26,929 nucleotides of DNA, taken from IMG/VR virus record IMGVR_UViG_3300033558_000008, positions 1 to 26,929 of that record; one strand, 5' to 3'. The notes beneath the pieces were generated by a model, which worked only from the letters and a program-made list of their open reading frames with translations, had not been told where the DNA came from and made no database searches. The DNA is from a virus. Taxonomy: Duplodnaviria; Caudoviricetes. The translations under genes were made by a program, and so were the position numbers. Shown one piece after another: positions 6,586 through 18,000 of the stretch (positions within the stretch are counted from its first letter, which is position 1; each line of letters opens with the position of its first letter).

Positions 6586-8921
6586 TATACTAGTACCTCT
6601 ACTTGAATTGTGGATGTTAACCAATCAGGAGTTAACCCTATTATCTGACCAAGCTTACCTTCTGCTAAATTAAACCTAGTACTAGTTAGCAAAACTTGTT
6701 GCCCTAACTTTAAAGATAATAACTTAGAAGTACCTGTAAAACTGTATGTAAATCTAGGTACTTTGAAAAAGTCTGTTAAGCGTAATGCTTCAGCATCTGC
6801 ATCACTACCTACAATTAAGGCAGTATCTTTCTGCTCTGGTAGTACATTAATTCTATATACATTTTTTAAATTACTGTCTACATTAGTTTTACTATACCAT
6901 TCGGTTCCATACATAGTCTTGTGTTCTTCCGGTATAGAAGTTAGTAATCCAGTCTGTATAGTCCAATCTTTACAATAACCTAATTTAATAGCAGGACGTA
7001 CTGGTAGTTTACCTGTCATTGATAGACTATGATGTATCATATCTGAATCTGTTATATCTACAACGGCATCATCTGTGGGTACTCCTACTACCAATAACTG
7101 TAACTTACCCTTACGTGTTATATATAGTTGTGCACCTACACTATTTGCAATAGTATTACATACATCTAGTATATTAGTTTTATCTGATATATAAGTGCCT
7201 ATTGCTTGAGGGTATGTAGTATAAAACTTATAAAAGTTATCTTGGTCTATATCAGTTAATTCTAATCTAGACTCTGCTTTACCATACTGAGTACATATTA
7301 GCGCAATAGTACTTGCAATATTATTATCATAGGTTCCTAGGTTTAATACCGGTGTAGCTACATTACTAGGGAAGCTAATTGAGTTATTTACACCCTGTAC
7401 AGAAGCAGTAAGTGTTCCCGCTACACTATTATTTAATGTAAAGGTACCATTATCTAGGTATGTTAGTACGGAGGGTACTAAGGTACTAACACTTACTACC
7501 CCACTATTAGATAAACTAATTGCTGAACCACCTATTGTAGCACTTACACTATACTGTGTAGTGCTGTACACATATTTTACATAATAAACTGTATTAGCAG
7601 TTAAGCCACCTACATTAGTAGAAAATATAATCTTCTTTCCTGCTAAAAGTCCCGTGGTAGAATTACTAGTAACTATATTGCTTAAAGTAATAGTAGCTGA
7701 TGATACAGAAGGTATAGCTGCCACACCTGCAGTTAATGTAAGTACTGCTCCGCCTAAAGTACTAGAAATAGTAAATTCAAAAGGACTATATACATTCTTT
7801 ATATAATAAGTAGTACCTGCAACTATACCGCCATATAGTGTACCATTAAATACAATAGGTGCATCTACTACAAAGTTCTTTGTACTGCTACAGGTTATAG
7901 CATTATTTCTAACAGTAGTTTTAGCCACATCTACTGTTATAGCTAAAGAGGAGTTAGTAGCTGTAGTAGTTAGTATACTACCTACTGATACTCCTGGAGT
8001 ATAAATCGGTACACCATTATCTCTAATTTCAATAATACTTTCTGTAGCTCTATTAGTAGATAGTATTCTTCCAACTAGATCAGGATCATTATTAAGTGTA
8101 GTAGCTACAGCTGCTCCACCTACTGATAAGCTTATAGTAATAGTAGATAATATAGTATCAATAGTTTTAATATAGTATGTAGTATCTACAGTAATACCGG
8201 AAGAAGTTGTGCCTCCAAATACAATTTTATCGTTTACGCTAATACCGTATACTGAATCACAGTAAATTACTGTATCAATATATGTAACTCTTAAATGAAT
8301 ATAAGGGTCATTAACCATGTACTCTAGATTTGCTGGGTCTACTAGTAAAGGAGGTATATTAAATACTTCACCAAATACTAATGGTTTAATAGTATCTTTA
8401 GTATTTTGACCACCATTCCATGTACCATACGTACCAAGGGTATTTTCGGTTATTGGAGAGTTTAATCTCTCTAGTTTATCTCTAATTCGTAGGTCAAGAG
8501 TATCTCTACCCTTAGAGTCTATATCCTCAATAATACCATCAAATATAAGCTCAAAAGCTAGGTGAATATCTTCAAGTGTATTACATGCCCAGCTAGGGTC
8601 TCCTAGGTATATCTTAATCTCTCTATTATTCCATATATACTTTGAAGTATCTAACCAGCTATCTATTTCTCCATTATAGTTAGCTATAGATATATCTCCG
8701 GCTGATAAAGTAGCTCCACCATCTAATTGCAAACTTTCTGAGAAAGATAGTCCTCCAGTAATACTAGGCATATATGTAATAGTAGCGTCTCCACTAACAT
8801 ATCCGATATTTGATAAAAATATGTCTATATCAAAACCTAACTCTACATCGTAAACCTTTGCCTCTACTAAAAAACCTTTAATTGATGTAGGGCTTTCTAA
8901 CCATGCTTGTGAATATGCCAT
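6585..8921 (-). CDS. Putative baseplate hub / tail tip protein, 778 aa, with three inserted beta-rich repeats
   Basis: Directly downstream of the TMP. Motifs REIKIYLGD...IFDGIIEDID...LRIRDKLERLN, KPLVFGEVFNIPPLLVDP, IIEIRDNGV, and the hub-like C-terminus LKLGQQVLLTSTRFNL..GKLGQIIGL. SD AGGAG. Confidence 0.7.
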   Translation of the reverse strand: MAYSQAWLESPTSIKGFLVEAKVYDVELGFDIDIFLSNIGYVSGDATITYMPSITGGLSFSESLQLDGGATLSAGDISIANYNGEIDSWLDTSKYIWNNREIKIYLGDPSWACNTLEDIHLAFELIFDGIIEDIDSKGRDTLDLRIRDKLERLNSPITENTLGTYGTWNGGQNTKDTIKPLVFGEVFNIPPLLVDPANLEYMVNDPYIHLRVTYIDTVIYCDSVYGISVNDKIVFGGTTSSGITVDTTYYIKTIDTILSTITISLSVGGAAVATTLNNDPDLVGRILSTNRATESIIEIRDNGVPIYTPGVSVGSILTTTATNSSLAITVDVAKTTVRNNAITCSSTKNFVVDAPIVFNGTLYGGIVAGTTYYIKNVYSPFEFTISSTLGGAVLTLTAGVAAIPSVSSATITLSNIVTSNSTTGLLAGKKIIFSTNVGGLTANTVYYVKYVYSTTQYSVSATIGGSAISLSNSGVVSVSTLVPSVLTYLDNGTFTLNNSVAGTLTASVQGVNNSISFPSNVATPVLNLGTYDNNIASTIALICTQYGKAESRLELTDIDQDNFYKFYTTYPQAIGTYISDKTNILDVCNTIANSVGAQLYITRKGKLQLLVVGVPTDDAVVDITDSDMIHHSLSMTGKLPVRPAIKLGYCKDWTIQTGLLTSIPEEHKTMYGTEWYSKTNVDSNLKNVYRINVLPEQKDTALIVGSDADAEALRLTDFFKVPRFTYSFTGTSKLLSLKLGQQVLLTSTRFNLAEGKLGQIIGLTPDWLTSTIQVEVLV

Positions 8922-8948
8922 CTTTACTCCTAAATATGCACTTTACTA

Positions 8949-8977
8949 ATTATACTATACCTATAAAAATTAATCAA
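8949..8977 (-). promoter_or_regulatory. sigma70-type promoter upstream of the hub gene
   Basis: Minus strand TTGATT-N17-TATAAT, preceded by AAAAATTATAC, about 27 nt upstream of the ATG. Confidence 0.8.
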
Positions 8978-8997
8978 GTATAATTTTTATAGGTATA
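8956..8997. repeat. Perfect 17-bp inverted repeat with an 8-nt spacer, centred on the -35 box
   Basis: TATACCTATAAAAATTA-atcaagta-TAATTTTTATAGGTATA. Confidence 0.9.
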
Positions 8998-8999
8998 TA

Positions 9000-9025
9000 C
9001 ACCCACTCTTTTTAAGGAGTGGGTG
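9000..9025 (-). terminator. GC-rich hairpin 7 nt after the TMP stop; atypical terminator or mRNA-stabilising stem
   Basis: CACCCACTC-N8-GAGTGGGTG. It is followed on the minus strand by TATATA rather than a U-run. Confidence 0.5.
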
Positions 9026-9032
9026 AAATACT

Positions 9033-12000
9033 TTAGGCTAACTTAACTTTATTACGTTGAGCCCATAATGCCTGAAGGCCTGCTTCTTCCGTAGCGTTAG
9101 CTACTTTATTAGCTCCTTTTATATTTGCATCGTAGTTTGTTGAAATTATGTGTCCTGTTTGTTCTTGTTGGTCTTTACGAAGTTCTGCAACTTCTTTTCT
9201 TAGATTTCTTATTTCTTCGATTAGTTCTTTATTGCTTAGTAATTGATTGCTTGCTGAATTGCTATAGACTCGGGTCGGTGTCTTGAAGTCGATCAGCTCG
9301 GGTCCTCTTTCTCCAACTAGGGAGAGGCCGTCTGCTAGACCACCAGCATAGTATCCTGGTATAGTAGCAGCACTAGGTACCCAGTTACTACCTGAAGGGA
9401 TATAAGAACCAGTACCCATACCATCTGTACTATTAGTAGGTTTATTAGCACCTAGAGACCTTAGCCTTAAATACCCTTCTATACTCTGGTCGCCTTCTGT
9501 AGGGGTATTTGTTTTATTAATACCATTAAACGCTTTTAAAGCATTTTCAGATGCTATCCCCGGTAGCTGATTAGGGGCCCCCCAGGCACTAATATCTTGT
9601 GCTAATCCATCCCTATATACTGTATCTACTATAGTAGAAATAGCAGACGCCTTTTTTAGTAAATCTACACTAGAAGCATACGTTTTTAAATCCGCTTTTG
9701 TATATTTAATAGGTATATCGTAATCTGATACCTTTGAACCCATATTACTATATGTAAGCCATACGTTATCTTTATCTCCATTAGTAGCAAACTCTGCTAG
9801 TGTATTTCTTACCCCTTCTCCGCTGGATCTTAATGCTACTTTAAGCTCTGAAGCAGTTTTTAAGTCTCCGGTTTTAACCTTAGTTATTTCGTCTGTTGAA
9901 GGATCCCTATTAAGTACCTCTTTAAACGCTGATATAATATATGCAGTTTGACTAGAGACCACATCTGCTGGTTTATTTGCCTCTGTATCCATCCATGCTT
10001 TAACACCTGCTAGTGTCCATCTATCGGCCCCCTCGCCCTCTAAATGTTGCATTAGCATGGTTTTAGTTTCAGTATCACTCTTACGACCCCATTCGCTTAA
10101 GAATAGTTCTTCTAGCTTACCCTCATTACTTGCTTTTAAGGTAGTGCGTACATCAGCAATAGTGGCGTCTTTATCTACATCAATACGCTTTTTCCAGTAG
10201 TCTATATCTGTAGTAGTGGCGGCTCTATTAACTAAAGCAGTATACTGCTCATTAACTAACTCTGCAGTGGTTTTTACAGGTGTAGTTCCTCCGCCACCGC
10301 CACCGCCACCGCCACCGCCACCGCTGTGTGCAATACCTTCAGTACTATTTCTAATATTCTCTTTAATAGTATCAATGCTCATGCCCCCGGCAGCTTGTTC
10401 CATCCAGTAAGACTTACCAGCTACATCCGATGCTCTACCTAAGTAAGTATTATATGCTGATTCAATCTGCCCTTCAGTAGACCTACGCATATTATCCTTA
10501 ATCTGGTCTAGTGTCTGATTACCACTTGTTAGCTCATTCATCCAGTATTCTTTTCCAGCAGCATCAGATGCTCTATTAAGAATACTTTTGTAAAGACTTT
10601 CAATTGTGGCAGATGCAGCACCAGAAGCATCTATACCACCGCCTCCTGGATCTTCCCCCCCTGTTCCAGAATCTTTTAGATCTTGAAGTGCTTTAAGAAC
10701 ATTAGCTTGTGCAGTCAGTAAGTCCGCGGTTAGTCCTTCAATAGTGTCTAAAGTTTCACCTACTCCTGTGAGTTCAGTTAACTGTTTCTCTGAATCGGAC
10801 TGTTGGTTGATTAAACTAATTGAGGTTTCATCTAGTAGATCAAGTACTGAGTTAAAGTCTTGAGTATACTGTTCTGAACTTGCAAATAGTTCGCGGCTAG
10901 CGTCTAAGAAGGTATTAGTAACATCAGGTAGTTTACCTATTGCCTCATTGCGGGTAGCAATCTCAGCGTCTGTAACAGCAACTGCGGTAGCAGCAGCTTT
11001 AACTACATCCATCTGTCTCTTAGCTTCAGCGTATTTCTGCGAAGGATTTAGTGTTGATTTATCGCCCAGTAGTAGGCTATCTTTAGTATCTTGTAATGTT
11101 TTAATAAACTCTTTTAAAGAGCCTATATTTGAGTTTATTTTATCTTTTAGTTTATTTCTAATAGTCTGTTCATCTTGTAGTGCATATATATATTTCTGTC
11201 TTGGACGTAAAGATTCATCCATTGCAGCAAGTTCATCTTCACGAGTTAACTTTAAGGCCTCTTCTGCGCCATATAGTAATTCAGTCAATGTAATTTCTTG
11301 GGTTCTAATAGATTTTAGTAGTACATTAAGATCTTCTTGTGCGTAGGTTTCTTTAATTAGCGCAATCGTAGTTTCATTAATAGCATTAGCAAGTTCTTTT
11401 TCAAGAGCAATCTGTCTAGCAGTTTTAGTACCATTAGCAATAGCCAATTTCTCAGCCCAACCTGCTTGTACTATTTCCTCTTTACGTACTTGTATAGCAT
11501 CAAATAGTGCAAGATTTGACTCATCAATACCTTTACGCTCTTTTTCTAGTAGTTGTGCTCTTGTAGCGGTTAAACTAAATAGCTCATCCATTAGGTCTTG
11601 CTTTTGAGTTGCCACCAGTAGGTCTATCTGTGCTTGTTTCCAGTCCTCAACTAATTTCACTATATCTGTACTAGTATCTTGTGCAGCTTCTGCTAATGCT
11701 TTTAATTCATTAAACTTTTTAGCCCCCTCTATCTCTACTAAAGATTTAGCTTTATCTAAGGCACTCATACCCAGCTGCTGGATGCCTAGGCCAAACTCTG
11801 CTATTTCGACCTGCATGTCATATATAGCATCCGCTAAGGCTTTAATGGCTTCTGGGCTTGGTGGTTCTGTAAGAACAGGTCTATCTGGTGCATTTGGAAA
11901 GAATTGTCCTCCAGTACCAGAACCTCCAGTAACCTCTCCTGTAGTAGGATCAATGAATATAGCACCATTTCCATCTCCATAATCATCTGGTAATTGATAC

Positions 12001-15000
12001 CCTTTAGTAGAGTTTCCTGACATCTGCCCAGTACTTATAGTTATATCTGGTAAAGCTTGTGTACTTGCTAAATCTGGTAGTATTTCTGATAACCTTACTG
12101 TAACCCCTAAACTACCATCTTTACCACGGCTTAGTGGCATTATAGCTTCTGGGCCCGCTTCCCCTGCTATACCCATATCAAACATTGTAGGTTTATTAAC
12201 TATAGTATTTTTAACTAATCCACCTAATGCAAAAGCAGTAGTTGAACTTGGTATAAATACATTACCTAAGGCAGATGCAGTAACTGAAGATGCCGGAGGG
12301 CCTGGGTCATTATATACAACATTTACAGTAAAGGTTGTTGACCCCCCTAGACTAGCAGTAGCCGCAGCGGCTTCGCCAGCTCCAACTACTATAACGTTAA
12401 CTAGCTTATCTACTGGGTCTCCTAAACCTGATATAACTTCAGCAGTAGTTTGCTCACCTTTAGTAGTAATCTCTATTACTGCTGGACGAGTTTCTGTGAT
12501 ATTCGCTATTACATCTTCTGCTGTTACAGAATCAATTTCTATACCCATAAAAATAGGGTCTGGTTTTTGCAAATTAGAAATTACAGTAGCTGCTGCAGTA
12601 TCGTCTAAAGTAGCTACAAAATCAATTATAGAGTTTGAAACGAGTTCTTGTTTAGCTGCAGTTGCTGAGGCATCATTAAGTACTGCTGTAATATTTAAGG
12701 AAGCTATCTCAGTAATTGCGTTCTTAGCTGCATCGGCTTCCTCAGTATCTAAGTCTGCCATTATTTCTAGTACTTCTGGTTGTATTAATAAATCTTTTGT
12801 TTCTTGTGCTATTGCAGGTTCTAATAGTGCTTCTATTACTAACCATTGTGGCTCTAATAATGCATCTACCTGTTCCTCTGCCATACCTGTATCTAATAAT
12901 ATTTCTTTTTGAATGTCTAAGCTAGAGGTCAGCTGTTGTAGTTCATTTACGGTATCTCCGGGCTCTAATATGGCAGATATAGTTAATGGTGTTTGATCTG
13001 CAAAATATTGCATCTCATCATTAAAGTCTCTAAAGTCTATTTCTGATATGCCTAAATCTTCGGCAGTAAATCTAGTAACTTCCTTGGCTTTAGCAAATAC
13101 ATTAAATAGAGAGTCCCCTAGTCCTTCTTCTATTGCATTACCTGCAATACGTATGCTCTCATCAACTAAATCTTGATCCCATAGAGGATTTAGATCTATT
13201 AGTACTCCATCTTCATCCTCAACCTGACGTTTGCCAGTTAAAAATCCGTCTAGTATTGCACGGGCTTCTGTATCTGATAGATTTTTTCCTAATCTCTCTC
13301 CGGCGGTACTTAGTGCAGTTTCTACTCTAGTTAGATCATCTCCTTCAATACCTAATCTTACTGTTATATTTCTAGCATTACCTGCCTCTACAAATTCTGA
13401 AAAGTCTCTAGTTGATCTTCTATCTAACTGAGTAATTACATCTACAAAAATAGGTTCAGATAGTTGAGCAAGTGCATCAGTTGCAGCAGCAATATCAATA
13501 GCGGCTGAAATCTTTACATTACGTGCCTTTGTTAAATCTAGAATTTCTTGATCGGCAGCTCCTGCGTCAATACGTGCTTGTATTACAACATCAGTATTTT
13601 CAGCGAGTGTAGATATTTCTTCAAAACTATTACCTGGTTCCAATAATGCCGATAATGTAACTACTGACTGTTGGCCTAGCTTTTTAACTGCTGCTGCCAT
13701 TTTATCACTACTATCTGCTGCTAGTATTGGATTCACTAATAATTTATTAGATTTAATATAATCATTTATGTCTATTCCGGCCTGGTTAGCTTTTATCTGT
13801 AAGGTATATTCAATAATCTTTATAGCATCTGGTTGACCTTCTGCTGTTAGGATATCCATGAATTCTTTAGGTATATTACCTTTACTTATAGTTAAAACAT
13901 ACTCTAAGGCCTTACTTTCAGCATTAATAAAATTCATAGTATCTGAATCATTAGCCTTTATCGCTATACTCATTCTATAAGTAGTATCAGCAGCAGCGGC
14001 CAATAATATGTCTTTAGTTTCACCAGTTAATCCAGATACCCCATCCGGACCTACTAGGGTCATCTCAACTATTCTACTAGTAGTACTAGTATGTTCAAAT
14101 ACTAGAGATTTATCTTCCTCACTTAGGCTATCACTCTGCAGGGACAGTATAATATTACGCTGCATACGATTATTTAAAGTAAGAAAGTTACTAACATCTT
14201 CCGAACTCATACCCGGGGTTGACATAATGAGCCCAATATTAGCAGTAACATCACCAAATGAACCAATAGCTAATTTTTGTAGTACTGGGTCTAAATCAGG
14301 TGTTTCTATGATAAATTTTAGTGATTTATTACTTAAGGTTAATAAGTCTATTGCATCTTGTTTATTTTGTTCACTATGTAGGTTTAAATCAGATACTACT
14401 ATCTGCATAGCAGTAGTTAAGGTTTTGCCCGCATTAGCTAATAATAGTTTAGCTCCTTCGTCTAATCCTTCTGATTTTACCCCTATTGCCATAATAGACG
14501 CTAGATCTGTAGTTGCTCTATATGCAAGGGTTTTATCAGTATAGGACATTGCAGAGTCTTGTATTGCTAGAACTGTATCTGATAAAGCGTTACTAAGATT
14601 ACTAAAGGCTACTCTAGTATCGGGCATTAGTTCGGTTTCAAAAATAGTTTTGAATGATGCTAATATACCATTTATAGCACTTATAGCTTCTTTATCTCTT
14701 AAATCATCTTTATTAAGTCCGGCTAACATATCCTGTAATTTTTTGACAGCATCCTCTAATGTTTTTGCTGCTTCTGATAGTTTCTTTAAGCTATCAATTA
14801 CTTTTAGTAAATCTTTTTGTGTTTTTGTATATGCTGTGTCAAGTTTTTTCTGTAAAGATAATTCATCCTCACTTATTTTCCCACGCATTATAGCTAATTC
14901 TTCTTCTAATTCCTTAGTTTGCTCGTTTACTTCTACTAGAGCTAGTACACTTGATTGAAGTGCTAGTACACCGGCAGTAGCTTCTGCGTTAGCCTTTATA

Positions 15001-18000
15001 GACTGGTCCATAGCTAACTTACCTTTAACTATACTTAAGTACCATGATTTTGTTACTTTTTCAACAGCAGGCATATCTACTTCGAACTCACTAAAGGATT
15101 CTTTTAGATTATTAGTAGTTACTATGGTCTTATCTAAATTAGAGTAAAAATCTTGAAATAAACTATCTAAATTATTTATTAAAGGCTCTATTCCTCCGGC
15201 AGCTTTTACTAAACCTTCAGTTAACTCTAGATTTCTAACTGTTAAACTACTATTAGCTTGATGTACATCATTAAGTGCTTCTGTGTAAGCTTCGGTAGCT
15301 TCGGTAGCTATCATTTCTGCGGCGGCTATGTCATTAGCATTTGTTTCAACAACATCTCCACTTTCATAGCTATGTGTGTACTCAATTTTTTCCGGAATTT
15401 TTGCTTTAGCTGCTATCATTTCTCTTTCGGCGGCAGCTAACTTATCATTCATTTCCTTTGTAGCTTTACCTGCTGTTTCTGGTATACGTGCTAAAGACAT
15501 ACCCATATTATTCATAGCTGCATTAATACTGGCACTATTATTAGTTACTCTTGAAACTGTTTCTGAGAACCCCTCGCCAAACTCTCTAAACTGTTTTAGC
15601 TGTGGTGCTACTTTCATAGCTGCGTCATCTAATATACCACTAAACATTGCATTTAATTCTTCTTGACTTTCTTTACCCGTTAGTCCTCTTAAAGATGCTG
15701 CTATATCAATATTTAAAGAATTTGCTCTTTCTAAAGTTTGTTCGGCTGTAAGACCTAATTGACTTCCTTGAGCTACAAGGAATTCTCCCATATAGTCAAA
15801 TGTTTCTCTAATTGCAGCCTCTGCTTTAGTTTCTAATGGTTTTACTGCGGTATTTACAGAAGTATCAGAACTGCCAAAAAACCCGAATATTCCTGAGTTT
15901 GTTTCAGTATGTTGAACTGTTTCGAACTTTTTAATTAGGCCATCACCAGCAGTACTTAAACTAGCAAGTGTACCAGTAAACTTAATACCTGCATTAATAA
16001 TTTCAGTTGTTTCCGATGTAGCAAATAATCCAAGTAATCCAGGGTTGCTAGTACTACTCTCTACAGTGCCAAAATCGGATCCAGTACGTATACCTACTTC
16101 CCCATATGCAGCTTTTGCTACTTCCCCTATACCTTGTTCAATATTTTTTAGATATAATAGTGATTGTCTAGTGTAACTATTATCAGCTACTAAAGAATCG
16201 CTAATTACTTCTAAGTAATCTAATGAGTTTTGTATAGAATTAGATTTAGCAGAGGTATCCCCGAACACTCCACCACCATTATCTACAAGGTTTCCATCTA
16301 CCCAGCTTTGCCCAGTGCCTTGGGATTGTTGCATGTCTGCTGCACTAATACCTGAGGGTACACTAGGTACTGAGCCACCACCACTACCTGCCAGAGCTGC
16401 AATCATAGCTACAAATCCTGCGACTGCAGCTAATCCAGCGAAACCGCCTTGTGATACTAAGTTGGCGGCTCCACCAGCTATTTTAGCAGGTAATAGTCCG
16501 AGCTGTGCAGCCATCTCAGCTGCTTTCATGGCCATACTAGCCATGTGTACGCCTGTTTCTACTGCGTTTAATACCTTATATGCAGCAGTCTTTTCACCAA
16601 ACATTTTCTTAGCTGCTCCGGCGGTTTCACCAATACCCGCTAATTCCTCTTCTGCCGATTTTTTCTTAGATAGTGATACCTCTTCATCTAGTTTTGCTAG
16701 GTCTTCTTCGCTAGATACTCCATCCTTGACTGCTTTAGCTAGTTTTTCTTCTGCAGCTGTAGCCGCATTCTTATTTTTAATATTATTAGTAGCTACCTTT
16801 TGCATGGTAGTTAAAGTTTGAGATAACCCAGTACCAAATTTAGCAAAACTTTTACCTACGTCACCTAAAGAATCTGCTAGCCCATTAAATGCACCTTCAA
16901 TGCTATCTGCTAGTTTTTGCATTTTTCGCATTTCATCATTGGCTTCGGCAAGTGCTTCTTTTTCTGCTCCAGTAATATCTAGTGATAATCTTTTTGCTTT
17001 TCCACCTGCGTTTATTAGGTCTATTTGATCTACGTATGCCGCATTTATTTCTATTAACTTTGCTACCGCTTCTTTATGTGCATCTGACCCTGGGTCTGCT
17101 GTTGATATTTGTGCAATAACTGGAGCAGCTACAGCATCTTTATTTGCTGTAGCAAGCCCAATTTCTGCTTTAATTCTTGCCTCTTCTTTAACTTTATCAA
17201 TTAAATTTTGTTCTGCAACTAAGCGCTTTTCATCATATATACCTAGGTTTTTCATACGCTCTAAATTAGCGTCTAAAGCATCTAAGGCTAAATTATTATA
17301 GCCTTCGGCTAGTTTTCTTATGTCATCTTGTTTTTTTAATTCTTCTGTTATTACGGCTTGTGCTCTTTCAGTAGTACTATTTTGTTCCTGTATAATAGCA
17401 TTAGTTATGGATGCTTCTTTAGTTAGACCTAATTCTTTCATCTTTAATTCATAGGTAGCTAAAGCTTCTTGTTTCTTTTTATCCCCTTCTGGGCCTTTTA
17501 AAGTTCTATCCATTAATACACTATAGTAATCTTTGGCAGCATCTGTTAAGTCTTTTTGGTACTGAGTTTCTGCTTTTAAATCTGAAGCAACTCTTTCTCT
17601 AGCTATTGCTTCTTCTGATGCATACCCCTTAATACTTTTTACTCTATCATCTATAGCTTTAGTATTAGCAAACTCATTATCTGCACGTTTAATACTTAGT
17701 CCATATGCCTCTACACTATTCTTTAATCCTGCTAATATTCTTTTAGATTCTTCTGAGTATTTTTCGATTGCTTTTTTAGCTCCTGAACCTTTTCCCATTA
17801 AATTAGATAACCTAACAGTAGCATTATCTAAAAATACTTTTAGAGAAGCATTAATAATATCAGGAGCTACATTTGCTGCGGTTAGTGTTTTTAATATATG
17901 AGCAAATTGAATATATATAGGTAAAGCTTCTGCGGCTAGCTTACCTCCAGCTAAAATAGACTTACCTAATTCTCCAAAAATAGTAGAGGCGTTTAATGCG

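Noticed and set aside
6586-6624. Upstream start of the 821-aa fibre ORF at 6624
   Set aside because: It would overlap the hub gene by 40 nt. ATG 6585 gives a TAATG coupling with a plausible SD (GAGG) and is preferred.
10216-10410. Plus-strand poly-proline ORF
   Set aside because: Antisense reading of the poly-Gly microsatellite.
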